From assembly GCA_046539845.1 (NCBI GenBank), contig JBKHGE010000009.1, positions 1-58,056 on the forward strand: a stretch of DNA of 58,056 bases, written 5' to 3'. The notes beneath the pieces are model-generated. The model searched no databases. It was not told where the DNA came from and saw only the letters and a list, made by a program, of their open reading frames with translations. Within the stretch, counting starts at the first letter, position 1; each line of letters opens with the position of its first letter. Source of the stretch: Desulfonatronovibrionaceae bacterium. Its GTDB lineage: Bacteria; Desulfobacterota; Desulfovibrionia; Desulfovibrionales; Desulfonatronovibrionaceae. Positions 20,080-29,379 of the stretch are shown here, piece after piece. Both the position numbers and the translations under genes were made by a program.

Positions 20080-20982
20080 TCAGCTACTGAGCAGGTCCTC
20101 AAGGGCAGTTTTCAAACCGGGGTAATGAAAGGAAAAGCCATGCCCCTGCAGTCTTTGCGGCCGGCATTTTTGACTGTTTAAGAGCATGTTCCCCATATCC
20201 CCGAAGACAAGGCGGAGCATAAACCCCGGGACCGGCAACAGGGCCTGCCTACCCAGGCTCTCAGTCAGGGCGCGGGTAAATGTGGAGTTGGTCGCCGGTT
20301 CCGGGGAACAGATATTGTACGGGCCGAATGTCTCCGGAGAGCGGGCCAGAAAGGACAGGGCGCGGACCAAGTCCCGGATGTGCACCCAGGGGAACCATTG
20401 TTTTCCTGAACCCAGTCTGCCCCCGGCGCCCAGCCTGAAGGCCGGGAGCATTTTATTCAGGGCGCCGCCGTCCGGGGCCAGGACCGCGGCGAAACGGGGG
20501 ATTACTACCCGGTGTCCAAAAGTTTCCGCCTTGAGCGCCTCTTGTTGCCATTTGATGCACACCCGGGCCAGAAAATCGTCTCCTGGAGGATCGGATTCGC
20601 TGATCTCTTTATCCCCACGGTGTCCGTAGTACCCGACTGCATTGGCGCAGATGAAAGTGCCCGGGGTCTCCCTGGCGGACAGGGCCTGGACTGCCAGGCG
20701 CGTGGACAAAGTCCTGGTCTCCAGGATTTTGTCCTTGGCCTCCCGCGTCCAGCGGCAGAAGATGTTCTTACCCAGTAAATTTATGACCACGTCGCACCGG
20801 GCGGCCTTTTTTTGCCAGTCCCCGGGCTCCAGTCCGGAGCCGAAAACAGGGACCGCACCTGCAGGCAGCTTTTTCTCCGAGCCCCTGCGGACCAAAGCCA
20901 GCACTTCGCTTTTTTGATTTAAAAGAAAAGGGACAAGATGTCCGCCTATCAGTCCGGTCCCGCCGAGGATAAAGTATTTCAT
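20080..20982 (-). CDS. TIGR01777/YfcH-family NAD-binding epimerase
   Basis: GGTGLIG, AVGYYG, GGRLGSGKQWFPWVH. Confidence 0.92.
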   Translation of the reverse strand: MKYFILGGTGLIGGHLVPFLLNQKSEVLALVRRGSEKKLPAGAVPVFGSGLEPGDWQKKAARCDVVINLLGKNIFCRWTREAKDKILETRTLSTRLAVQALSARETPGTFICANAVGYYGHRGDKEISESDPPGDDFLARVCIKWQQEALKAETFGHRVVIPRFAAVLAPDGGALNKMLPAFRLGAGGRLGSGKQWFPWVHIRDLVRALSFLARSPETFGPYNICSPEPATNSTFTRALTESLGRQALLPVPGFMLRLVFGDMGNMLLNSQKCRPQRLQGHGFSFHYPGLKTALEDLLSS

Positions 20983-20996
20983 TGCCGCTCCCGGGA

Positions 20997-22466
20997 TCAG
21001 GGCTTATCGTCTTCCAGACCGGTGGTTTTTGCCCCGGCCTGCTTCCCCTGCGCCTTTATATTTTGGATATACCAGCTGACATTGAACTTCCTTTTGCATC
21101 CGGCATGGCTCATATACCTTATTTTGCCATATACCTTGCGTTCCTTAAAGCCCTGGTCGTGCACCCCGGCTATGGACCACATTATCCCTGTGTACCCGTT
21201 GGGGTCGCGTCCGTCCAGCGCATAGCGGTCGTTCAGGTATACTGCGTAATCAATGGCGGTCTGGGGGTCCGGAGTCCATTCCAGGATCTTCTTGGCCCAG
21301 TACATACGCATATAGCCGTGCATTTTGCCCTTTAAGACTATTTCCATCTGGGCGGCGTTCCACAGGGGGTCGTGGGTCACGGCCTGTTCCAGCTCGGGCA
21401 GGGAGTAGATGTATGATCTGGTATCGGCCGTGTGCTGGCGCAGCGTTTCCCGGGCCCAGCCGGGTGCGGCCTCAAGTGAGGTGCAGTCCGGATTGCAGGC
21501 GCAGAAATTTTCGGCCAGCTCCCGCCGAATAATCAATTGTTCCAGAAACACCTGTCTGGCCGCACTTGGGATGTCAACGCTCTCCTGGACGCGCAAAGCC
21601 ACCTTTTGGGGGCTTAAGTGACCGAAATGTATATATGGGGAGAGATTGGAAACCGCCTCTCGGTTGGGGTCGTTGCTTAGCTGGTGGTAGGAGGCAAGCC
21701 CAGAGTTGAGGAAGTTTTCCAGCCTTTGTTCGGCTGCTACCGGTCCGGAGACGATCCAGTCCACTTCACCGGGGCCGGTCGGGGGGCAAAGACCGGGTAG
21801 GGAGACTATGTTTTCCCCGGGGATTTCCTTGGGAGTAAAAGGGTGCCTGGACAGGGTGGGGAAAGGCACTAGAAAGGAAGGCAAGAGTTCTGCTATCTTG
21901 GGACGTATGGTTCGGGCCGCGTATTCCTGCTTGGAGGAAAGCAGGCCGGCAGGGATTATATTTCTGGCGTCTACTTCGTAGGCCCTGGTTTCTGTGCGCT
22001 CCAGGACCTTATTTTTCCAGTCTTGCTTGGTCTTTAAGGGGTCGAATTCCAGGACCAGATGTCCCGCGGTAAGTTTTGCAAGGACTTCGGGCACTATTTC
22101 TGTTGGCCAGCCGCGGTGGAGGACAAACCCAATGTCCAACTCCCGGGCTTTGTCCATGCTCTCCTGCAGCCCGCGAAGCATAAATCTGTATTGCCGCTGC
22201 CCGGCGCCTAGAAACTCAGGGACCAGGCAGAACAGGATGTACAAGGGCGCCTTGTTTGCGGCTGCCAAATCCATGGCGAAAACCAGAGCCCAGTTGTCCG
22301 CTAGGCGATGTTCCCGGCTCATCCAGTACAAAACCGGTCCCGGTCGGGCAGGCAACTCATTCAGTTTCCGGATACGAGAGGGGTGAGTGGTGGGCGGCAA
22401 GTCTGTTCCTTTTTTGATTTCACGGCGCCCGTCCGGACCATTTTGGACGGGAACAAAGTCCTGCAC
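20997..22466 (-). CDS. phrB: Class II CPD photolyase
   Basis: YWMSREHR..DNWAL, SPYIHFG, RRELAENF, GKMHGYMRMYWAKKILEW, DGRDPNGY; start uncertain. Confidence 0.93.
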   Translation of the reverse strand: MQDFVPVQNGPDGRREIKKGTDLPPTTHPSRIRKLNELPARPGPVLYWMSREHRLADNWALVFAMDLAAANKAPLYILFCLVPEFLGAGQRQYRFMLRGLQESMDKARELDIGFVLHRGWPTEIVPEVLAKLTAGHLVLEFDPLKTKQDWKNKVLERTETRAYEVDARNIIPAGLLSSKQEYAARTIRPKIAELLPSFLVPFPTLSRHPFTPKEIPGENIVSLPGLCPPTGPGEVDWIVSGPVAAEQRLENFLNSGLASYHQLSNDPNREAVSNLSPYIHFGHLSPQKVALRVQESVDIPSAARQVFLEQLIIRRELAENFCACNPDCTSLEAAPGWARETLRQHTADTRSYIYSLPELEQAVTHDPLWNAAQMEIVLKGKMHGYMRMYWAKKILEWTPDPQTAIDYAVYLNDRYALDGRDPNGYTGIMWSIAGVHDQGFKERKVYGKIRYMSHAGCKRKFNVSWYIQNIKAQGKQAGAKTTGLEDDKP

Positions 22467-22612
22467 TTATCCGGTGCCGTCGGATGCAAAGACCTCAGGC
22501 TGGTTGTTTTGGTTGGGCCTAGTCCTGATCCGGACATATAAAGCGATCAGGGTGCAGGCCGTTTAAATGGGTTGCGGATAGTACACTTGCTGGGCCAAGA
22601 ATTTTAAAACGC

Positions 22613-25600
22613 TTATTTTATGCTCAGCACCGCTTCCGCCTTGCCCGGAGATGCCTTTCCGCCTCCATGGAGTAGGAACACTCTTTTGGCCAGCTCCGGA
22701 TCCTGTTTGGTGATATAGGTGCGTACGGAGCGGGCCCGGTCCAGGGCCAGCTCCTGCAGGTCCTCGTCCGTGACCGCGAGCTGCGCCCGGAGGCGGTTTT
22801 CCATCTCTGTTTCCGAGAGCCCCCCCGGTCGGGGCAGGTCTTGGTCCTTGCTTTGCCTCAAAGTTTTATACGCCTTTTTCAGATACTCGGGGTATTCCTC
22901 TTCTGAAATGGATACCAAGTCCAACTCGGCTGTCTTTGTTTTTTCCCGGTCCATGTCTTTTATCTTTTCCAGGCGCAGCCGGCGTAGAAAACGCTTTTTA
23001 ACCAAGGCGGCACGGTCTTTGTCCCGGGCAGTGCGTCCTGTGACGCTGACCCGCAGCCGAGGCCTCTTTTGAAGCGCTTCTATAATTGAGTCCAGTTTGT
23101 CTGCCGCCTCAGAGGGAAGTGTGTATTCTCCCGGCTGGAAAGGAATGTGGTTTACATCCTCACCTCCGCCAAAGAGATTTCCGATAAGTGCGAACGGGGC
23201 GGTAGCTACTTTGCTGAACAACCCGATCACCGCCCGGAAAATCGTCTTGCCCAGACTAAACTGAGGGTCTTTGAGGTTGCCGCTTATGGGGATATCCAGC
23301 TCCAGGTCGTCCCGGGAGTCCTGAAGCAGGGCCAGGGCCAGCTTGATGGGCACATTGGCTGCGTCCGGATTGTCCACCCGGGGGCCGAGCTTCAGGTTTT
23401 GGATCAAAAATAAGTTCTCCCCTTTGAGGGTGCTGTTTTGGAGCTGGAATGACCCGTTCCAGTTCAGTTTGCCGCTTTTGATGGGATAGGCCATAAAGTT
23501 CAGAGTATACGGGGTCAGACTGACCATATCCATGCCCTGCAGACTGAATTCCAGCTCGGAATGGGGCTTTTTGGCCAGGGGATTGATCTCCCCGCTGAGG
23601 ACCAGACGGGAGTATTCGTCTTTGGTGGCGTTCAAAGACAGGCGGCCGGGGTTATCCATATTTCGGGAGAGAGAGGCGGCCGTGCAGTCCACCGCAGTTA
23701 GCTCTGTCTCATAATATGGGGATACGCTTTTGTCCCGGAAAAAAAGGGTCCCGTTCTTGATCTCTACCCGGTCTACTTGAACGTTTTGGAAAAAAGGCTC
23801 TTTTTTTTCTATCCCGGGAGGCCGCTCAGAGGAGGAGTTTTTATCTTTCTGGATTCCCAGGGCCTTTTGCAAATTCAGTTTGCCTTCCAAGTCGCGTTCC
23901 AGATCCAGACCAGGGGCTTTAAGCATTATCTCCGAAATATGTAGTTCGTTCGGGTCGATCCCGAGGCTGAGCCGGTTTATATCCATCCGTTCCAGGCGAA
24001 CCAGCTTATTCTGATGACTGTCCCGGACATCCAGGGAGGCAAGGGTGCAATTGGCCCGTGCAGCAAGGGAGAAATCGCGTTCCTGTTTCAGGTAAGTATT
24101 GAAATCCGCGCTTAAGAGGCAGTTGCGGATATCCAGGCGTATGTCTTTGGGTAGATAGGAATTGGCCGTAGTCAGGTCCAGATCCTCTGCCCGGCCATTG
24201 ATATCCGCCCGGAACGGGGACAGGGAGAAGTCCCCGTCCGCAGAGATACTTCCTCCCCGGTTGACCCGGCCGTTAAAGTGGAACCGGGCCTCTTCTTGTC
24301 CGGGCAGGGACAGTCCGTTTATGTCCAGTCTGTCCGTGTCCAGGACAAATTGTGCCGGCTCCGGGGCCTTCAGATCGTTGAAGGCGGTGCGCACCCCACG
24401 CACCCGGATGTCCGGTACCTGGACTTTCCAGGGCTCTTTCTCGGAGGGATCGGAGTCCGGGGCGGCCTCTTCTTTGGGATACTGATCGCGCAGATCTGAG
24501 ATCACGTCCAGAGAGCCGTTTTCAAGGCGTAGGAGTTGTACATTCCCGTTTCTGAGCTCTGCTTCCTGTACGAGCACTGTCTTTTCCTGTGTGTCCAGGG
24601 CTATCCCCTCGGCCAGCAATGTGTCCACGTCAAGCAGGGAAGAACCGTTTGAGCGGTCCATCCGGACTCGGTCTAATTTCAATCTGCCCCGGCTCACCTG
24701 CAGGTTGTTTTTCCCGCCGGGATTGAAGGCCAGGTCCATGGAGCCGGAGAGATTTACGGAGCGGGTTTTCCAGGGTAGGTATTTCCGGAAATAGGGGCTG
24801 TATTCAGCCAGAGGGACAGTAGAAAAATCGATATGCGCTCCGGCTTCTTTCTCTGCCGGGAGCAGGGAGGCATTGACCTCCAGGCGCTCACCGCCGCTTC
24901 CTTTTGCCCGGATAATTGCGGTCCCGTTTTTCCCGGTTTGGCTGGTTAAGTCCCTTATCCGGGCGCTCATGCCCAGGCCGCGTTCAAAATAGGAGGAGGC
25001 CGCGCTGTCAGCGAATTCTATTTCCATCTCCGGCAGATCTATCTCCCGGAATACATAGCTAATCCCGGGTGCTTCGGGGTCGATTTCGTCCGGGGCGGTT
25101 TCAGCGGCGTCTTTGTCTTTTGGCTCCGGAGCCAAGTATCGCACCCAGTTGACCGTCTCCTCTTTATCCCGGGATATTTTGATCCTGGTTTTGCCCAACA
25201 CGACCTTGTCCATTTCTAGGATACGGGCCAGGGGGGAGTATCTCTGCAGTTCGGCCCTGGCCAGCTCACATTCCAGGACCTCGGTGCCGTTTTTGTCCGT
25301 GAGCAGTATGTTGTCCAGGCTGCTTTCTCCGGAGAGGTCTATGCGTATCCCCTCGTCTGTATCCTGGAATTCAAGTACGAGTTCAGCGCTTAGTTCTCCG
25401 CGTTCAAGGTTCAACCGGTCCGCCAAGGGGGAATATATCCAGTACCTGCCGAGATCCATGCGTTTAAAATCCAGCTGCAACCTGGATTCCCTGGAGGAGG
25501 CGAACGGGAGCATCTGTGCATTCAGGTCCACCGGGTCCCCGTTTATCCGGAAGTCGAGCCTGGGCCTGGTCTGACGGTCCCGTTCCGCGAGCCGGGAGGA

Positions 25601-26179
25601 AATATGCGGGAGCACAAAGTTGAACCTGTCCACGACATGGGTGGTTTGCCTGGGTTCGTCTTTGAAGCGAAGCGAGGCGTTTTTTATGGCAATGTCCCGG
25701 ACCATGAACGGGAAAATTTCCTTTTCCCCGGAGTCGGAATCCGAAGTGTCCTTTTTGGGGGGAATCAGGTCGCTTATACTGTATCGTCCTTCTCCGTAGA
25801 AGGCGATATCCAAAGCCGGAGTGATGGCCCGGAATTCCTTTATAACCAAGGCCCGGCGGAAGACAGAGGCCAGTTCCAGGTTGGCCTGTAAAAGATCAGC
25901 GGAAAACAGGTCGCCCTTTTTATCTTTTTTGCCTATTCTTACCCCGCGAATGGAAAATTCCAGGGTAAACGGGTTAAACCCGGCCTCAGCGATTTCCGTT
26001 TCCCGGTCCATGAGCCGGGAAACGCGCTTTTGCAGATCCGAGCGCACAATCTCCGGGATCAGAAAGAAACCGGCCAGGACATACACCAAGTAAATACTGG
26101 CGAGTATAACCGCGGCTTTGGCCGCCCGGCCGGACTCTTTCCAAACCGGAAAAGGATTTTTCAGCCAGTTTTTTCCCAT
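22613..26179 (-). CDS. DUF748-type repeat envelope protein with C-terminal OmpA-like region
   Basis: N-terminal TM, FNPFTL, repeated beta-rich modules, LALALLQD...LDIPISGNL.DPQFS. Confidence 0.85.
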   Translation of the reverse strand: MGKNWLKNPFPVWKESGRAAKAAVILASIYLVYVLAGFFLIPEIVRSDLQKRVSRLMDRETEIAEAGFNPFTLEFSIRGVRIGKKDKKGDLFSADLLQANLELASVFRRALVIKEFRAITPALDIAFYGEGRYSISDLIPPKKDTSDSDSGEKEIFPFMVRDIAIKNASLRFKDEPRQTTHVVDRFNFVLPHISSRLAERDRQTRPRLDFRINGDPVDLNAQMLPFASSRESRLQLDFKRMDLGRYWIYSPLADRLNLERGELSAELVLEFQDTDEGIRIDLSGESSLDNILLTDKNGTEVLECELARAELQRYSPLARILEMDKVVLGKTRIKISRDKEETVNWVRYLAPEPKDKDAAETAPDEIDPEAPGISYVFREIDLPEMEIEFADSAASSYFERGLGMSARIRDLTSQTGKNGTAIIRAKGSGGERLEVNASLLPAEKEAGAHIDFSTVPLAEYSPYFRKYLPWKTRSVNLSGSMDLAFNPGGKNNLQVSRGRLKLDRVRMDRSNGSSLLDVDTLLAEGIALDTQEKTVLVQEAELRNGNVQLLRLENGSLDVISDLRDQYPKEEAAPDSDPSEKEPWKVQVPDIRVRGVRTAFNDLKAPEPAQFVLDTDRLDINGLSLPGQEEARFHFNGRVNRGGSISADGDFSLSPFRADINGRAEDLDLTTANSYLPKDIRLDIRNCLLSADFNTYLKQERDFSLAARANCTLASLDVRDSHQNKLVRLERMDINRLSLGIDPNELHISEIMLKAPGLDLERDLEGKLNLQKALGIQKDKNSSSERPPGIEKKEPFFQNVQVDRVEIKNGTLFFRDKSVSPYYETELTAVDCTAASLSRNMDNPGRLSLNATKDEYSRLVLSGEINPLAKKPHSELEFSLQGMDMVSLTPYTLNFMAYPIKSGKLNWNGSFQLQNSTLKGENLFLIQNLKLGPRVDNPDAANVPIKLALALLQDSRDDLELDIPISGNLKDPQFSLGKTIFRAVIGLFSKVATAPFALIGNLFGGGEDVNHIPFQPGEYTLPSEAADKLDSIIEALQKRPRLRVSVTGRTARDKDRAALVKKRFLRRLRLEKIKDMDREKTKTAELDLVSISEEEYPEYLKKAYKTLRQSKDQDLPRPGGLSETEMENRLRAQLAVTDEDLQELALDRARSVRTYITKQDPELAKRVFLLHGGGKASPGKAEAVLSIK

Positions 26180-26257
26180 CTACCTGTGCCTTTTACTTTA
26201 ATACCCTATTGTGCCGGGAAAAGATACCGGTTGGGCTGGTGCGAGCAGCCCTTTTCT

Positions 26258-27130
26258 TCAGTCCCGACAGACCCAAAGAGAAATTTTTTCCAGGGACTTG
26301 AGGATATTTTGGGTGGTGGACCCCATAAAAAGACGGGACAGCCCGGTATTGCCCCGGCCGCGGCGGCCCATCCCGATTACCGCGTACTTATTTTCCAGGG
26401 CGTGTTCTAGGATGATCTTTGAGGGACTTTTTCCGGGAATCACAAGTGAATCGATTCGTTCCCCGGGGATGTTATTGTTGGCCAGTTCCTGCCTGGTTTC
26501 CTCGATATAGGATCCACTTTTGTCCCTGGGGCCATCCTGGACATTTAGGATTCTGATCCGGTGCCCGGGTTCGTTTTCGAGCATAAATCCCACATGATCT
26601 GCTATGCGCAGGCTCTCTGCAGACCCGTCCGTGCACAAAAGTACATCCCTGCGGTCCGCTTCCGGCTTGCGGCAGAGCCACAGGGGACATTGAATATCCT
26701 GGTCCAGGAGCTTCCTGCTCACGCTCTCCTCAACCAGCTCCTCCAAAAGAGACAGGCCTCGCCGGCCCAGAAGGACTGCGTCATACATGCCCTTGTTGGC
26801 CTGTCCGGCTATGTCCGCAGCCGTGGACACAGAGCGGAATACCAGACTGGTCTTGACCGCATCCGGGTCAAATCCACTGGAAATGAGCATCTCCGCGGCC
26901 CTGTGCAAGGAGGCGTATCCCTTTTTTCTGTAGGCGGCGCTGAGCCTTTCCGTATCAGTGACCTTCTCACCAGGGCTGGAGTCATAGTCCAGGTTCTGCT
27001 TGGGGTTGGGCGCAATGTACAACAGGGTGATCTCCGCCCGTGACTTGTCCGCAAAGAAACTCGAGGCGAACCGGACCGCGTCCAGGGCGGCCTGGTCATG
27101 GCTGATGGTCAGCAGCAGGCTCTTCTTCAT
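26258..27130 (-). CDS. Tandem-domain universal stress protein
   Basis: Two Usp domains (LGRRGLS...SVS; MGRRGRG...MGSTT). Confidence 0.9.
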   Translation of the reverse strand: MKKSLLLTISHDQAALDAVRFASSFFADKSRAEITLLYIAPNPKQNLDYDSSPGEKVTDTERLSAAYRKKGYASLHRAAEMLISSGFDPDAVKTSLVFRSVSTAADIAGQANKGMYDAVLLGRRGLSLLEELVEESVSRKLLDQDIQCPLWLCRKPEADRRDVLLCTDGSAESLRIADHVGFMLENEPGHRIRILNVQDGPRDKSGSYIEETRQELANNNIPGERIDSLVIPGKSPSKIILEHALENKYAVIGMGRRGRGNTGLSRLFMGSTTQNILKSLEKISLWVCRD

Positions 27131-27329
27131 GATCGGTTCCAGTTTTCAGTTACTTATAACTTTTAGATGATAAAAATGACAAGCAAAGTCAAGGGCCAAA
27201 GCAATTATTGCCTAGTCAATGCAGGGCAAGGGGCAAGGCGGGATGGGCAGGGGGTGGAGCAAAAGTGGCGACCGCCCTGCCCGTAGTTTACGTCCAATCT
27301 TAGCCGGGTGGATAAGAGTGGGGTAATGA

Positions 27330-28538
27330 TTATATATGCAGTTGCCCGGACCGGACCAGGTTTTCCACCTCGGCCACGTCCTTGTCCCCGCGCCCGGACA
27401 GGTTAACCAGGACAATTTGCTCGGGGGACAGGGTCGGTGCGATTTTCAGGGCCTGGGCCAGGGCATGGGCACTTTCTAGGGCCGGGATTATGCCCTCGGT
27501 TCGGGACAAGGCAAAGAAGGCGTCCAGGGCCTCCTGGTCGGTAATGGCTACATAGCTGCTGCGGCCGCTGTCTTTTAGATGGCTGTGCTCCGGCCCCACA
27601 CTGGGGTAGTCCAGGCCCGCGGATATGGAATAGACCGGGGCGGGCTCTCCGTTTTCGTCCTGGAGCATGTACGAATTAAAGCCGTGCATTATCCCCGGTT
27701 TGCCTTTGCACAGTGTGGCGGCGTGGTCCCCGGCGTGATCCAGGCCACGTCCGGCCGGCTCCACGCCCATCAGCTGGACTTTGGGATCATTGATAAACCC
27801 GCTGAAAAGGCCGATTGCATTCGATCCTCCGCCCACGCAGGCCAGGGCATAGTCCGGGAGTCTTCCTTCCAGCTCCAGGATCTGTTCCCGGCTTTCTTTG
27901 CCGATAATGGACTGGAAATGCCGGACCATGACCGGATAGGGATGCGGTCCGACAGCCGAACCCAAAAGGTAATAGGATTCATCTGCATCCTGCATCCAGG
28001 CGGCGATGGCCTCGTCCACGGCTTCTTTCAAGGTTCGTTGCCCCGACCGGGCCGGAACAACCTCGGCTCCGAGCATTTCCATACGGAATACATTGAGCTG
28101 CTGGCGACGGATGTCCTCTTCGCCCATGAATATTTTACAACCCATACCCATGAAGGCAGCGGTGGCAGCAGTGGCCACCCCGTGCTGTCCAGCCCCGGTC
28201 TCGGCAATGACCTTTTTCTTGCCCATGCGGGCGGCCAAAAGGATCTGCCCCAGGGTGTTGTTCACTTTATGCGCCCCGAGGTGGTTCAAGTCCTCCCGCT
28301 TGAGGTAAATCTTGCCCCCTTTGAGCTCCCGGTTCAGGTTGGCGCAATAGTAAAGCGGGGTGGGGCGTCCGCTGTAATGGCGAATGTAGTGATTAAACTC
28401 GGAATTGAATTGGGGATCGTCCTTGCATCTGTCAAACGCATCGGCCAGTTCGTCCAGTACCGGTTTCAGGTCCTCGGGGATGAACTGGCCGCCGTAGTCG
28501 CCGAAAAATCCTCTGGAGTCGGGCAGTTTTTTGTGCAC
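27330..28538 (-). CDS. trpB: Tryptophan synthase beta chain (no adjacent trpA)
   Basis: [18 protein letters not shown] lysine, [26 protein letters not shown] start with AAGGAG SD. Confidence 0.97.
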   Translation of the reverse strand: MHKKLPDSRGFFGDYGGQFIPEDLKPVLDELADAFDRCKDDPQFNSEFNHYIRHYSGRPTPLYYCANLNRELKGGKIYLKREDLNHLGAHKVNNTLGQILLAARMGKKKVIAETGAGQHGVATAATAAFMGMGCKIFMGEEDIRRQQLNVFRMEMLGAEVVPARSGQRTLKEAVDEAIAAWMQDADESYYLLGSAVGPHPYPVMVRHFQSIIGKESREQILELEGRLPDYALACVGGGSNAIGLFSGFINDPKVQLMGVEPAGRGLDHAGDHAATLCKGKPGIMHGFNSYMLQDENGEPAPVYSISAGLDYPSVGPEHSHLKDSGRSSYVAITDQEALDAFFALSRTEGIIPALESAHALAQALKIAPTLSPEQIVLVNLSGRGDKDVAEVENLVRSGQLHI

Positions 28539-28576
28539 TTTCAGTCTCCTTTTGCGGGTGGATCGGCTTTGGGCAT

Positions 28577-28617
28577 AAAAAAACCGCGACCGGAAGAATC
28601 CACGCCGCGGTTTTTTT
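28577..28617 (-). terminator. Attenuator terminator upstream of trpB
   Basis: AAAAAAACCGCG...CGCGGUUUUUUU hairpin. Confidence 0.9.
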
Positions 28618-28634
28618 ATATGTTGGATTAGGGA

Positions 28635-28700
28635 CTAGCCGCGGCCCGCTTCAGAGGACCGCCACCACCAGTGATTTAGGTATGAGTTGCTTATCTGCAT
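28635..28700 (-). CDS. trpL: Trp leader peptide (21 aa) MQISNSYLNHWWWRSSEAGRG
   Basis: Three tandem TGG codons, followed by alternative helices and a terminator. Confidence 0.9.
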   Translation of the reverse strand: MQISNSYLNHWWWRSSEAGRG

Positions 28701-28707
28701 ATATCAA

Positions 28708-28736
28708 ATATTACCTGTTTATCGACCGGATGTCAA
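28708..28736 (-). promoter_or_regulatory. Sigma-70 promoter of the trp leader
   Basis: TTGACA-17 nt-TAATAT. Confidence 0.8.
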
Positions 28737-28804
28737 TGGAATAAGCCCCAAAAGACCGGTCCGGTTAGAGGAAATCAGGGGTGAAGGTCCCGGCCCCCAG
28801 GAAC

Positions 28805-29020
28805 TCAGATCAGTTTGTTGATCGCGTTCCCCTTGTCGGTAAGTCCGGCCGAGAGAACGCTTGTCTGGAAATCGTCGTTGGCGTCCGTTTTTCCGGAGCC
28901 AGAACGATTGGCTTCAGAGTTAATATAATCCATTGTTTTGCTTACAACCTGCTCATCAAAGGATTCGTTTTTGAGTGACTGCGCCAGCATCGACGCTCCG
29001 GCACTTGCCTGTATTTCCAT
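28805..29020 (-). CDS. Small hypothetical protein (71 aa), likely flagellar regulon
   Basis: GAGGAG SD, C-terminal KGNAINKLI, sigma-28 promoter upstream. Confidence 0.75.
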   Translation of the reverse strand: MEIQASAGASMLAQSLKNESFDEQVVSKTMDYINSEANRSGSGKTDANDDFQTSVLSAGLTDKGNAINKLI

Positions 29021-29065
29021 ACTTCTCCTCCCCGTTCCGGGGCCGGGAACACCTCACCTATTTAT

Positions 29066-29092
29066 TTATCGGCCGGTTTTCAGAAATCTTTA
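29066..29092 (-). promoter_or_regulatory. Sigma-28 (FliA) promoter
   Basis: TAAA-15 nt-GCCGATAA, exact consensus. Confidence 0.85.
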
Positions 29093-29297
29093 GCGGTCGC
29101 GCTGCAAATTTTTAAAGGGCAGAAGGAGGGAGAAATCAAAGCCGTTAGCAATGGAATGGATAAGTCCGCTGCGGGCTTGAATTCTCAGCTCGTTAACACC
29201 AGAAGTGGCTTGTAAGTATTTTTCAACACTCAGTTGCAAAACTCTCGGACCTTTGCTTCGTTTTGGTTTCTTGGCCCCGGGCGGAGGAAGGGCACGA

Positions 29298-29327
29298 TTG
29301 ACACCGCCTCAAATTGCCGGGTATCCT
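29298..29327 (+). promoter_or_regulatory. Putative sigma-70 promoter of uvrB
   Basis: TTGACA-18 nt-TATCCT. Confidence 0.55.
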
Positions 29328-29379
29328 TACGCATACACAGAGTACGGGATTTACACGCATTTTGAGGACTAAACAACTT

